From assembly GCF_001194135.2 (NCBI RefSeq), contig NC_068982.1, positions 188,418,611 through 188,482,610 on the forward strand: a stretch of 64,000 nt of DNA. Reading direction: 5' to 3'. Of this stretch, positions 36,313 through 50,262 are shown in pieces (the first letter of the stretch is position 1; every line of letters begins with the position of its first letter). A model generated the notes under the pieces. It saw only the letters and a list, made by a program, of their open reading frames with translations, did not search any database and had not been told where the DNA came from. Position numbers and translations under genes: made by a program. The DNA comes from Octopus bimaculoides. Its lineage: Eukaryota.

Positions 36313-38506
36313 TATAAAAAAAATATTGTTAAAATATTTTAGCAAGAAAATCTTATGTGAACCTCCCCACCACCACTATCAAGGGCCATGTGGACCCCAG
36401 TTGATAACCACTAATCTGGACCTTGGAGATTCTACCAATCTTATGTTAATGGTTCAAACAGGTTTCGAACTCATGACATTCGGGTTAGCAGTACTGGGGA
36501 TTAACCTCTCTGTTTCTACTCCTACACTCTTATCACTGCTGTTGTTGTTGTTTAACTCCAAGCCTGCCCTTATCCAGAAAACCTATTGTTCTTTTCTACT
36601 TTAGGCACAAGGCCTGAAATTTTTGGAGAGGGAGTCATTCAATTAGATTGATCCCAGTATGCAACTGGTACCTAATTTATAGACCCCAAGAGGATGAAAG
36701 GCAAATTCGAACTTGGCGGAATTTGAACTCAGAACATAAAGACAGATGAAATACCACTAAGCACTTCACCTGGTGTGCTAACGTTTCTGCCAGCTCGCTG
36801 ACCTATTATCAAAGCCATTCAAGCCATGACCATCCCAATGCTTTATTTATCACAGTCTGCATTGTCAACTCCAGTCAACTGGTGCTCCAGCGCTTTTGAC
36901 AAGTATTCCACTTGATCCAATTAACAGAACAGTCTGCTCATAAAATTAACATGCAGCCAGCTGAATACTCCACAGATATGCATACTCTTAACACAGTTTT
37001 AAGGAGATTTAGCGTGACACAAAGTGTGACAAGGCCGGCCCTTTGAATTACAAGTACTATTCGTTTTTGCTAGCAGGGACAACTGGAACAACATGAAAAA
37101 GGCGTCTTGTTCAAGGCCACAGCATGCTGCTAGGAATTGAATGACCTCATTATTGTGAACCATATACCATTTGTCCAATGCGAAGACCTATTGAAGCAAG
37201 TAGAAACAAATCAAAATTGCTGACATGACCAATGACAGTACCACCTGATTGGCACTCATGCCAGTGGGACGTTGAAAGCACTATCTGAGCGTGATTGTTA
37301 ACCAGGGCCACAGATTGGCTCTCATGCCGGTGACACGTGAAAAGCACCATTCATGCATGATCGTTGCCAGCGTCGCCTTACTGGCACATGAAAAACAACA
37401 CTCGAGCATGGTCATTGCCAGAACCGTCTGACTGGCCCTCGTGCCGGTGGCACGTAAAAGCACTCTAGTAAAAAAACCATTCTCGGAGTGGTTGGTGTTA
37501 GGAAGGGCATCCAGCTGTAGAAACTTTGCCAGATCAGATTGAGCCTGGTGCAGCCTTCTGGCTCACTAGCCCTCAGTCAAACCGTCCAACCCATGCCAGC
37601 ATGGAAAGCAGACATTAAACGACAATGATGATGATGGTGATGATGTTGTTCTTAACTTTCATAGAAGTTGCATTTCTGGTTTCACTAATCCTTCAACTCC
37701 TGCCCTCTCTCCTGTTTGTTTGGTTAAGGTGTTGTGCATAGGGTTAAAATAAACCCATTAGAAATTGGTAACAAAAAAAAAAAAAAATGAAAAAAAGCCC
37801 AGTAAATTTCTTGTGTAAAACAAACCAAAACTGGAATTGTTACATTCCATAGCTGACCTTTAATAACAGACGGAATAGATTTTTAGATAATTTCTTTTTG
37901 ATCAGCCTGCACACCCTGCATTGTAGCGCAGTATTTAACTGGTACTTTATTTCATCACTCCATCAAACCCATACAATAAATTCTCAATTTGGCTCACAAA
38001 AGACAACCAATTTGCAAGAGGTGGAGAGGTGAAGTGTTGGGCAAGGGTAATTGTAATCTAGTGCCCAGAAATGCTATTAAGCTTGGACTAATTAGTGCTC
38101 AACCTGTCAAACTACACCATTCAAATGTCTTCACTTTGTAAACAATTGTAAACTCACATGTTTGCACTTTTGCTTCTTTGTTCTTTTCTTTTTTGTTTGT
38201 TTTTGTTCTGTTTCTGGTTTTGCTTCTTAAGATGTTTAACAGATTTCTGATAAAGTTGCTTCATTAACAATTTGCTCTCAGTCACTCTCCACTTCGCAAA
38301 TTAAATTGATTTTTGCTTTTTTTTAAGTACCTTTTATCTCTTACTTGTTCCAATCATTAGATTGTGGCCATGCTGGGGCACCACCTTGAATGTTTAGTCA
38401 AATGAATCGACCCCAGTACTTACTTTCTTCTTCTTCAGCCTGCTACTTATTTTATCAGTCACTTTTTGCCAAGCCACTAAGTTGTCAAGTGGTGTTGGGG
38501 AACAAA

Positions 38507-38548
<42 letters not shown>

Positions 38549-40649
38549 ATGGGCTTGTTCCAGTTTCTGTCTACCAAATCTATTCATGAGGCCTTGGTCA
38601 GCCTGAGTTTATAGTAGAAAGAACTTGCTTGTTGTCAGCCCAGAACCAAGTGATTGGGAAGTAAGCTTCTAACCACACACCCATACTTGCGCCAAGGATT
38701 ATTTCAAAATAATTAAAAAATAGAACACACACACACACATAATGGGCTTATTCCAGTTTCTGTCTACCAAATTTACTAACAAGGCTTTGGCCAGCCTGAG
38801 GTTATTAGAAGAAGGCACTTGGTCAGTGCCAACCCAGAACCATGTGGCTGGGAAGCAAGCTTCTCACCACACAACCACGCCTACACCTATGACTGGAAAT
38901 TGTAAGATCCTTGTAATGAATAAGCAAAACTAATGTTAAATATATTCTATGCATCTCCTTCCTTGGTCATCAGTTAAGAAATCAGATTTCTAATCCAGCC
39001 AAGAGCTCACCAGAAGTGATTATCTCCCTTACGATAACTCTCCACCAAGGCATACCATGTCTCTTCAGAGGACTTTCTATTGTAAACTTCTCTGTTTCTT
39101 AGAGTTACCATTACATTACATTGAAAATAAACTGGACAGTCATGGCTGGAACACTTAAATACCACAATGATTAAGTCACCTTGCTACAATACCCTCTGCC
39201 CTCCCCCCATCTCCATCTGTACACACTGTATCCAGTCTCCACCTCTTGCATCCATGCCCACCCCCTTACAATACCCCTCCCTTATTCTCTTCTGCTTCAC
39301 CCATTTACCCAGTTCTTCCTCATCTCTAACTGGAAACCTCTAATGTTCACTTTCCACGCTGGCATGGGTTGGACGGTTTGACAGGAAACCAGTGAGCTAC
39401 AGGGCTGTGTCAGGCTCCTGTTTCATCTTTGATATGCCTTCTATGGCTGGATGCCCATCCTAATGCCAGTGTGTAGAGGGTGCCCTTTTTTTTGTGCCAC
39501 CAGCACTAGTGAGGTTGCCAAGTAACTTGCAACACAGAGAAGGTGAAAGAGGAAAGTGGGGCAGGGAACTCCCACTATGAAGAAGTATTTGAGAGGGGAA
39601 GGTGGAGGTGGACCGATGTGTATCAGATGTTGAAAGGCTAAGGTATGATAGAGGGACATGCACAGGTGTCTCGTTACAGAGAAGATAAGAGGAAGGTAAT
39701 GGTGGGGGGTGGAAGAGCAAGATCTCAAGGAACATAATGGAGGACGAGGGCAGTGAGTCATGGGAGGGAATGAGAGAGTGGATGCTTTTATAGGAATGTG
39801 AGGAGGGAATAAACAGGTGGAGAAAGAGTTTAGTACCTGGCACTCCATCAGTTACAACGACAAGTGTTCCAGTTGATCTGAGCAATGGAACAACCTCCTC
39901 ATGGAATTAATATGTAAGTGGCTGAGTATTCCACAGACTTGCACACCCTTAATGTAGTTCTCAAGGAGATTCACTATGACACAGAATGGCCCTTTGAATT
40001 ACAAGTACGACTGATTTTTGTCAGCTGAGTGGACTGGAGCAACATGAAATAAAGTGTTTTGCTGAAGGACACAATGTTTCACCGGGAATTGAACTCATGG
40101 CCTAATGATTGTGAGCTGAATATGCTAACCACTAAGACATGTGCCATCATGGTGGTTAGTGCAGTGAGGGAAAAAACAAGGGTGGGAGTGCAGATGAAGA
40201 GAAATAGCAGTATGCAGAGGGGTCAGGCAGGAGATACAGGAGAGGAGAATAGAAGAACAAGGTGTAAAGTGTAGGAGTTGTGGAGAGGGAGAGATACATA
40301 AGGGGGTGAAGTGGGTATTGAGAAGGGATAAGAGAGGTTCTGTATTTTTGAGATGAGGAATTCTGTACATTATTTACATTGGACGGATATTTGTCCTCAT
40401 CTTGTTTGTTGTTACCACAACGTTTCGGCTGATTTACCCTCCAGCCTTCTTCAGGTGTCCTGTTTGAATTTTGAACCCAACCAAGGGTTCGCGTTTGCAT
40501 TCAAGCCAGTGGGTTATTAGCTTTGAGTCTCTACATTTACACAGCAAGGTTAGATAGTTTGAAAGATGAGCTAGTTTCTCATGGAATTTCTCTGTAGGTC
40601 ACCATTGAAGTCTAATGTCGGCTCCGTACCAATTAGATAATATTGTTCT

Positions 40650-40826
40650 ATATTTTAGAGATGAGGAATTATTTACATTATTTACATTGGATGGATGTGT
40701 GTCCTCATCTTGTTTCTTGTTACCACAACGTTTCAGCTGATTTACTCTCCAACCTTCATCAGGTGTCCTGGTGGAATTTTGAATCCAACCCTAAGTTCTC
40801 ATTCATAAGGTATTTTTTTGCTGATG

Positions 40827-40870
<44 letters not shown>

Positions 40871-40950
40871 TATTCAAGGTACTGCCTGGAATTGAACTCA
40901 CAATCTTGGGGTTACTAGACTGTGCTCTTAACCATTACACTATATGCCTG
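40650..40950 (-). mobile_element. SINE family F (tRNA-like head, (AAT)n spacer, acgtttcggctgat...ccagccttcatcaggtg end)
   Basis: Similar copies at ~7160-7360, 40340-40500, 44905-45175, and a partial at 31685-31790. Confidence 0.7.
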
Positions 40951-41926
40951 TGGGCATAATAGATAAGAGAGGTGTTTAGAATGCAGAATAGCAGAGATGG
41001 AAAAGGGGATTGGTTGAAATTGTGTAAGAGGGATAATGAGGAATGGAAGTAGTTTGAGGCAGGGGACTGTTTGGGAGGGTGTGTGGTGAATACAGCAGCC
41101 ACATAGTGCTATAGATGAGGGGGGGGGGTGCTTGGGAGTGCTCAAGCTTACCTAGTCGTTGGATGGTGCCTTGGGTAAAGTTCATCTTGTTGCAAACACT
41201 GTGACCAGTTTGAGGAAAATTGGTTCTCTGTCTGCTGCAAGTCCCTTGAAAAACATAAAATGTCATCACGAAATCTGGCCCTCTTTGATGAAACAAAGTA
41301 CAGAGAGAGAGAGAGAGAGGGAGGNNNNNNNNNNGGGGGGGGGGGGCTGTTGACCATTGATAGTTCAAATAATGAGATTTTGTGAAAACCACATCTCTTC
41401 AGATTAGGTCGAATGGTGATGAGGATGGCGGAGAGAGTACAACAGAAATATTTCAAGATTTGGAATGTTGTTAAAATGTTTCCTAAACTATTTTTTGTCT
41501 CATTAAATGAACAACTGAAGCAGAATTAAGTTTGTCTTGTTGCAGACATCTTTCTAATTAGATTAGACATTCGTTTTAGTTCAGCTATAATTTATTCATG
41601 AACACCGACACACTGACACACATACACGTGCATGCATGCACATACATACATCCTCAAACTGAAGTCGTTTTGTTGGTGGCACATTGCACCACTCTTTCAC
41701 TTTGAAACATACACACACACACATATGTATGCACATTTTCGTGTGTGTATGTATGTGTATATATATATACTATATATTATGTATGTGGGTGTGTATGTGC
41801 ATGCACGTGCTTTATAACATCTCTCATTTTTTTAATTTTTCTCAACTTTTTTGTTTTTCATCACCATTTTCTTTGTTATATTTTCACTTCATGTTTAAGT
41901 ACAATTCTGAGAATATTTTTTTCTTT

Positions 41927-42150
<224 letters not shown>

Positions 42151-42219
42151 TAAGCACATCCATAGACATGCATTTACATGGATCTGTATGACCTGTTGTT
42201 TGTTTCTAGAGTTGTCTTG

Positions 42220-42582
42220 ACCAAGGTCGTACTTGAACGTTTGGTCCAGTCAATATGAGAAAACATCACACCAGAGACACTTTGTGATTTCTGCAGGGAT
42301 CCTAAAGAGGAGAAGGGCTGTCATTTCCAAGATCAGAAATGACATGAGCACTATGAGAACTTGTTGTTTGCCATTTTGGTTCTGTCAAAGACTTTCAACC
42401 CTGAAAATAAGGGACTACTGTTGGATGTTCTTGAAAAGTTTGGTTGTGTTCCCAAATTCACATATTTTCTCCTCTGATTCCATGCATGATACCTCAAGTT
42501 CTTGGAAGCTACAAATCTGAGGTCACCAGTGTAAGAATGAGAGTCATGCATGGATGGTCTTTTGACTCCAGTATTGTTTAAC
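42220..42582 (+). mobile_element. Highly degenerate RTE/BovB-like RT fragment
   Basis: KVVLERLVQSI*ENITPETLCDF...LSKTFNPENKGLLLDVLEKFGCVPKF resembles ...ENTLPESQCGF...LTKAFDTVSREGLW.IL.RLGCPPKF. Confidence 0.6.
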
Positions 42583-43589
42583 NNNNNNNNNNNNNNNNNN
42601 NNNNNNNNNNNNNNNNNNNNNNNNNNNNNNNNNNNNNNNNNNNNNNNNNNNNNNNNNNNNNNNNNNNNNNNNNNNNNNNNNNNNNNNNNNNNNNNNNNNN
42701 NNNNNNNNNNNNNNNNNNNNNNNNNNNNNNNNNNNNNNNNNNNNNNNNNNNNNNNNNNNNNNNNNNNNNNNNNNNNNNNNNNNNNNNNNNNNNNNNNNNN
42801 NNNNNNNNNNNNNNNNNNNNNNNNNNNNNNNNNNNNNNNNNNNNNNNNNNNNNNNNNNNNNNNNNNNNNNNNNNNNNNNNNNNNNNNNNNNNNNNNNNNN
42901 NNNNNNNNNNNNNNNNNNNNNNNNNNNNNNNNNNNNNNNNNNNNNNNNNNNNNNNNNNNNNNNNNNNNNNNNNNNNNNNNNNNNNNNNNNNNNNNNNNNN
43001 NNNNNNNNNNNNNNNNNNNNNNNNNNNNNNNNNNNNNNNNNNNNNNNNNNNNNNNNNNNNNNNNNNNNNNNNNNNNNNNNNNNNNNNNNNNNNNNNNNNN
43101 NNNNNNNNNNNNNNNNNNNNNNNNNNNNNNNNNNNNNNNNNNNNNNNNNNNNNNNNNNNNNNNNNNNNNNNNNNNNNNNNNNNNNNNNNNNNNNNNNNNN
43201 NNNNCCCCTGCCCCCGCAGACACAGGACTGGCTGTGTGGTAAGTAGCTTGCTTACCAACCACATGGTTCCAGGTTCAGTCCCACTGCGTGGTACCTTGGG
43301 CAAGTGTCTTCCACTATAGCCTCGGGCCGACCAAAGCCTTGTGAGTGGATTTGGTAGAAGGAAACTGAAAGAAGCCCGTTGTGTATATGTATATATATGT
43401 ATGTGTGTTTTTGTGTCTGTGTTTGTCCCCCCATCATCACTTGACAACCGATGCTGGTGTGTTTACGTCCCCGTAACTTAGTGGTTCGGCAAAAAGAGAC
43501 CGATAGAATAAGTACTAGACTAAAGGCGGTGCTCCAGCATGGCCGCAGTCAACTGACTAAAACAAGTAAAAGAGTAAAGAATACATTTA

Positions 43590-44048
43590 GAGCTTTAACG
43601 GGTTTCACAGTTTCCACTGATTTTCAAAAAGATCAAATAGAAAGACATGGCTTATGTTGCAGCTGTCTTGCTTCTGACTCGTGTTTGAAGTTTGCCCTGT
43701 TTTTATAGGGAGTTCAAGGCTCAAATTAGTGTGTTTTGAATAGGATTTGATTGGTAGAGGATAGTCCCATTTTTGTATGTTCCCTGCTACATCCATGTGT
43801 TAGTATCAAGTGACAAAGTTAAGGCTGATATGGTTGACTGAACATGTCATAGAGAATGAACGCATGATTAAGTTTAAAACCTTTTGTACATTTCCCTGCT
43901 ACGTCTGTGTGTTAGTGTCACACACTTCCTATAAAAACAGGGCAAACTCTAAACGCTAATCAGAAGTGAGACAGCTGCGACATAAGCCACGTCTTTCTAT
44001 TTGAACTTTTTGAAAATCAGTGTAAAACTGTGAAACTGGTTAAAGCTT
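43590..44048. mobile_element. Non-autonomous TIR element/MITE with ~120-bp terminal inverted repeats
   Basis: 43590-43710 is the reverse complement of 43928-44048. Internal ~38-bp direct repeat (43771, 43882). Confidence 0.8.
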
Positions 44049-45299
44049 CAAATATTTTAAGAAAAAGTATTTTAACTATTCTCAGTGCATTTTCAACTTC
44101 TATTTTTCCTATATTTCTACCCGTGTGGAATAAAATATCTTTGCTTTATATATATCATCATCATCGTTTAACGTACGTTTTCCACGCTGGCATGGGTTGG
44201 ATGGTTTGACTGAAGTCTGGCAAGCCAGCAGCTACACCAGATCTGGCAGCTACATCTGATCTGGCAAGGTTTCTACAGCTGGATGCCCTTCCTAATGCCA
44301 ACCAGAGTGTAGTGGGTGCTTTTTATGTGCCGCTGGCATGGGGGCAGTCAGGAGGGCCCAGCATTGATCACATTCAGATGGTGCTTTTTACATGCCATCG
44401 GCACAGGAGCCAGTCAGGCAGTTCTGGTATCAATCACATTCAGATAGTGTTTTTTACGTGCCACCAGTGTGGGAGCCAGTCGGGGGCACTGGCATCGGCC
44501 ACATTCAGATGGTGCTTTTTACGTGCCACCAGCACGGGAGCCAGTCAGGGGGCACTGGTATTGACCACGTTCAGATGATGTATTTTACATGCCCCCAGAA
44601 TGGGAGCCAGTCAAGGGGCACTGGCCACAGCTACATGCTGAATTTAATACAGTTTCCCTTTAACATATTTCCTTATCCAGCATTGATTAGGGCAGTGAAA
44701 AAATAGACACTTGCTCGAGGTGGGATTGAACCTGAAACTACACAATTGAAAAACTAATTTCTTAACTGACAGTTGTGTCTGTTCCTAGCAATGCCCATGT
44801 CTTATGCTGTCTACCCCTTGCTATGCATGTGCCTAGTTATGCCTCCACCTAGTGATACTTATATATATAAGAGTGACTATACATTGCTGCTTACTACAGT
44901 TCTATATGAAGAAATGAGGAATTATGTTCATTATTTACTTTATTTACATTAGACGGATATTTGTTCTCATCTTGTTTGTTGTTAACACTATGTTTCGGCT
45001 GATATACCCTCCAGCCTTCATCAAGTGTCTTGGGGAAATTTCGAACCTGGGTTCTCATTCCTAAGCTATTTTCAATGTTATTATTATTGATCAGGTCACT
45101 GCTTGGAATCAAACTTGGAATCTTGGGGTTAGTAGCCTGCACTCTTAACTACTACATCATATGCTTGTGGGCAATTATGGAGTGAAATTTAGGGCTTTTA
45201 AATCTAATATTTTCCTATCCTTCCTTGCTGCTTATTACCTAAGCATTTCTCTTTCTATGGAGCTTTTCTCTTGACTCAGGGATGTCTTTTCAGCATCTC

Positions 45300-45640
45300 C
45301 CTAGTTGGGTCCCTGCTTCCTTGCAGTTTCTTTTTGCATTCTGCTGTACCACATCATATGTTTCTCTGAAGGAAAATCCTTCCTCTCCTTGTTGGTTCAG
45401 AAATGCCATCAATGCTTCTGTCACTTAGCTTTTTTTCTAGATAGGATTGGTACTCCTATACAAACTGCATTTTACCTCTGGGAAGAAGAAGTCCATATTG
45501 GTCTGACCTGTATTGTTTGACCTGTATTGTTTGACCTGTCCAGTATGAGAGGCCCTACTGGGGGCTTCTGCTCCACTGGCATAGCTTTCGGGCTCATTGA
45601 GACTCATAGGCCACCACAAGGACTGGAACTTGGGGTAGAT
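45300..45640 (-). mobile_element. Probable RTE LINE 5' UTR relic
   Basis: Minus strand agctatgccagtggagc...gcccccagtagggcctctcatactggacaggtc...accaatcctatctagaaaaaa resembles a 5' UTR motif I recall from RTE-clade elements. Contains a 14-bp tandem duplication. Confidence 0.45.
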
Positions 45641-46151
45641 ATATAGCTGTTGAGTTTTTGTTTTTCTGGGAGACACACCTCTAAATAAAACACCTCTTCT
45701 CCTGGTGGGGATTCATCTCTCATCAATTTAGTAATGCAGGAATTGTAAATACTTTATGAATTAAACTGGTTGGCATTGCTTAACCCCAGGTCAACTCTGA
45801 TCAAGCAGACCCTAACCATCTGCGTCCCCAATTATTTTGTTTTTTTCTACAAGCATAATGTCTCTCGGAATATATCATCTAAAGCATTGTCTGCCATTCC
45901 CTTTATTTGTAAAATACTAAGGTATGATTAGAATTAGAATTGACTGCTATATCTAGCAGGTCAAGCAATGAGGTACAGCCTCTTGACTGTTTGGTTCCTG
46001 AACTCTGTAGTTTCATGAGATGAGTAAACACAAATGAATAATGATTGATTGAGTTAAAAACTAATGATTCCAGTAACATAGTTTCACTCACTGACTTAAT
46101 TGAATGCATCCAACTGTGAAACACTTCCTCACTTCAAATTATTTGAAAATA

Positions 46152-46184
<33 letters not shown>

Positions 46185-47695
46185 TGATAATAATAGCAAT
46201 TTAACTAATGTTAATGTACCTTGAAACCTGCAGCAGCATTGAGGCTGGTGGTGGGTGGAAAAGATGAAATTCAAAAGAAAGACATTTTATCTTTTGTTTT
46301 TAATAGAAGAATATTTTTGTTTAATAATCTAAAGATGTTTTTAGCATCCAACAGAACTGATCTCTAACAGGACGGTGGCTGTTTGTTTCTCTAACACTCA
46401 CAGACAATGTAAACATTTTGATTGCCAATAATCTTCCCTTCTCTCATATTCTTTCTTTCTTTCTTTCCTATCTCTTTCTTCTTTTTTTTTCTGTCTCTTT
46501 CCTCTTTTTCTTTCTCATTCATTTTCTTCATCGCCATCATCATCATCATCTAATTTCTTTTGCATTATCCTCAACAACAACAAGAAGCATTTATTTCCTC
46601 TTCAATATTTCGACAAAATAAAAACGGAAAGAAAGGCCACAACAGCCGACCATCACCTCCGGACAGCCTCTCTGTATTTACTGTACATCTTACATATCTG
46701 CTGTCCATACAGAAATCTCAATGCGTGTGCAACATACAACCGACAGCAGTTACATCCCTTGTACAATAGAATCCACTAGAAATGCTTTTCTTTGCCGAAA
46801 GCAACAAAAATGCGCAAAAAAAAAAATTGAGGAAAAGATAAAAACAAAAACAACAAAAACACGGAAAATTTGTCTCCAAAGCATGGAATAAAAACAACTC
46901 ACATCAGTTGTTAGATGTGAAGGGACTGGATCTTTCAAGAATTCTCTGTTTCCTCTGAAATTCACCCACACTACTCTTAACATACCTAAGCACCTTTTCT
47001 TCTTCATCGCTCGTTTACTCTTCGCTTTTCTCTCTTTTTCTGCTTCATTCTGTTCTCTTCATACGCTTTTATCTTTCATTGCAGCCTTTCTTTACTTGAC
47101 TTATGCTCTCTGTCTCCTCTTTTCAACTTTTCCTGCAAGTTGTACTTGTGGGCACTGTATACAATAAACTCATTCTTCTTCTTGTTCTCACCAATAATAA
47201 TAACAATAATAATAATAACAATAATAATAATAAGTGTTGGCTACAGCAAATATTCCACTCAATACCACAGATATGCTTGTCAGTTGTTTGACCTTAACCA
47301 ATTGAGCATGTCCCTTGGTGACTGACGATATGTGCATCTCTGATCATGAGCAGAAGTAGTCAGGGAGCATCATAGCCATGTGTTGAGAGGAATTCTTTGG
47401 GGTTTGAATAATTCACCTTTGGAAACATGGGTGTGTCATTCAACATCCTTAAACAACCCTTATTCAGGGGCCTTTTGAGCGGGATGGGTTACTCGACCGG
47501 AAGAAAATTCTAACTGGGCCTCACCTGCGAGGTCATGCGCTGTTTATCTTAATATGAGATCACCATGTCGCACACATATGGTTATGATGCATATGCCTTG
47601 TGTACCCTTATCAGACGGGTAGTCATGATGGGTATAATGGGCTTCGTATATTTTACCCCAGTGTCACTTTGATGGCATGCACTGCTCTCTCACTC

Positions 47696-47731
<36 letters not shown>

Positions 47732-48989
47732 GGTTTCAAATTTTGGCACAAGCCCAGCAGTTTCGGAAAGGGATAAGTCAATTATATTAACCCCAGTGCT
47801 CAACTGGTACTCATCTTATCAACCTCGAAAGAATAAAAGACAAAGGTGACCTTGGCAGAATTGGAACTCAGAATGTAAAGACAGACGAAATGCCTCTAAG
47901 CATTTTGCTTGGCATGCTGATGAGTTTGCTAGTTCATCACCTTAATAATAATAATTATAATAATAACAATAATAATAATAATAATCCTTTCTTCAAAGCT
48001 TGAAATTTAGGGGGAAGGAACTAGTTGATTACACTAACCCCAGTACTCAACTGGTCCTTATTTCATTGACCTCGAAAGGATGAAAGGCAAAGTTGAACTC
48101 AGAACATAGACAGATGAAATGCCACTAAGCATTTAGGCCAGCACATTAACAACTCTGCCACTTCACCCCCTCACATATATTTTACTTAAATTCCTTTCCC
48201 TGCAAATAAAATCTTACTCATTCAGTTTTATTATTTTATAACGAGATAAAGCAATGAGCTGGCAGAATCATTAGCTTGCTGGGCAAACTGCTTGACAGCA
48301 TTTCATCTGTCTGTATGTTCTGAGTTCAAACTTCGCCAAAATCAGCTTTGCTTTTCATCTTTTCAGGGTTGATAAATTAAGTACCAGTCAAGTACTGGAG
48401 TCGGTGTGACTGACTATACCCCTCCCCACAAAATTCCAGGCCTTGTATCTATTGTAGAAAGGATTGTTTTATAATGAGATGTTTCCAACACAGACCTCCT
48501 GTGCCGGTGGCACGTAAAAAGCACCATTCGAGCATGATCGTTGTCAGCGTCGCCTTACTGGCACATGACCCAGTGGCACGTAAAAAACAACATTCGAGCA
48601 TGTTCGTTGCCAGTGCCGCCGGACTGGCTCCCATGCAAGTGGCACATAAAAAAACACCTTTTGAGCGTGGTCATTGCCAGTACCGCCTGACTGGCCCTCA
48701 TACCAGTGGCACATAAGAGCATCCACTACACTCTCAGAGTGGTTGGCATTAGGAAGGGCATCCAGCTGTAGAAACTTTGCCAGATCAGATTGGAGCCTGG
48801 TACAGCCTTCTGGCTCACCAGTCCTCAGTCAAACCATCCAATCCATGCCAGCAGGGAAAGCGGACATTAAACAACGACGACAATGATGATCAGATTTTTC
48901 AATTGTGTGGCATTTCACCTGTTTGCATCTTCTGAGACAAAAATTTGTTGTCCTTTGATGTCTTTTATTGAGACTTGAGTGTAGTTTGT

Positions 48990-50262
48990 ACAAATTAAGG
49001 CAAAGACAAAATACAAACTTGTACCCAGTTCAAATATGCTTGAGGCATATTTGGAAGCCATTTGCTGTATATTGTGAGAGAGAAAATTTCTCACCGTAGA
49101 CAAATAAGTGGAAATAGACTAAGTCAGTTCACAGCATTCTCTAACCAGACTTGTAGATGCATGCATTTCAGAGTGGTTATTTCCTCTTCAGCAGCAGAGA
49201 CCAGAAAGGCATACACTACGAGCTGACATGAGACACAGGTCCAGCTTATGATATTCCTGTCATCGTTCAGTGACTGATTGTGTTTATGCAGTGGCTTGCT
49301 GTAAATAACATGCGGGGTGACAACGCTAAGCAGTGATGTGTAGAAATACAAACTTGTTACCAGTTCAAATACGCTTGAGGTATATTCAGATCTGAATGAA
49401 AGCCACCCAGTGTAGTTTGTCATGGAGAACATTTCTCATTGTAGACAAATAGGTGTCTCACAGTGCACCCTGTGAGAAATTTTCTCCATGACAAAATTGA
49501 GTAAAGTTCAAATATACCTCAAGCATTAGAAAATTACTATTTTTAAATCTCACGATGAGAGATATTCAACAAAAGTACTTTGGAGTAAAGATTGTTTGTC
49601 AACATAACATGGCAGTCCTGGTTTAGGACGAATGTTACTGTAATTTAGCCCCAAGAAACATCGTCTCCAGCTGGCTATACGACACAATCTATGTCCTTAT
49701 ATTTTAGAACAAGGGAATCTAGCACCCCCACTCAGCTCTGAACAATATCTATGTATCGCTATTTCCGGGTCATTTCTCTTCATCAGCACAGAATAATTGT
49801 TTGGCTAGAGGTGGCGCTGCCAAATTCCCGTTCAAAATATATAGTTTTCAAAGTGACAACTAGTCACTGATTTATAAATTAGAAAATTATTATTTTTAAA
49901 TCTCACAACGAGAGATATTCAACAACAGTACTTTGGAGTAGAGATTATTTGCCAACATAACATGGCAGACCTGGTTTAGAATGAATGTTGCTGTAATTTA
50001 GCCCCAAAAGACATCGTATATAGCTGGCTATACGACACAATCTGTATCCTTATATTTTCGAAGTGTTTTGAGCTGAGTGGGGGGTGCTAGATTCCCTTGT
50101 TTGAAAATATAAGGACACAGATTGTGTTGTATAGCCTGCAGGAGACGATGTCTCCTGGGGCTAAATTACAGCAACATTAGTCCTAAACCAGGACTGCCAT
50201 GTTATGTTGGCAAACAATCTCTACCTCAAGCATATTTAACTGGTAACAAGTTTGTATTTATA
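48990..50262. repeat. Modular fold-back element (direct + inverted subrepeats)
   Basis: Unit X at ~49008 and ~49344 (direct) and ~49507, 50222 (inverted). Unit A at 49528-49740 and 49880-50060 (direct) and 50066-50224 (inverted). Confidence 0.8.
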
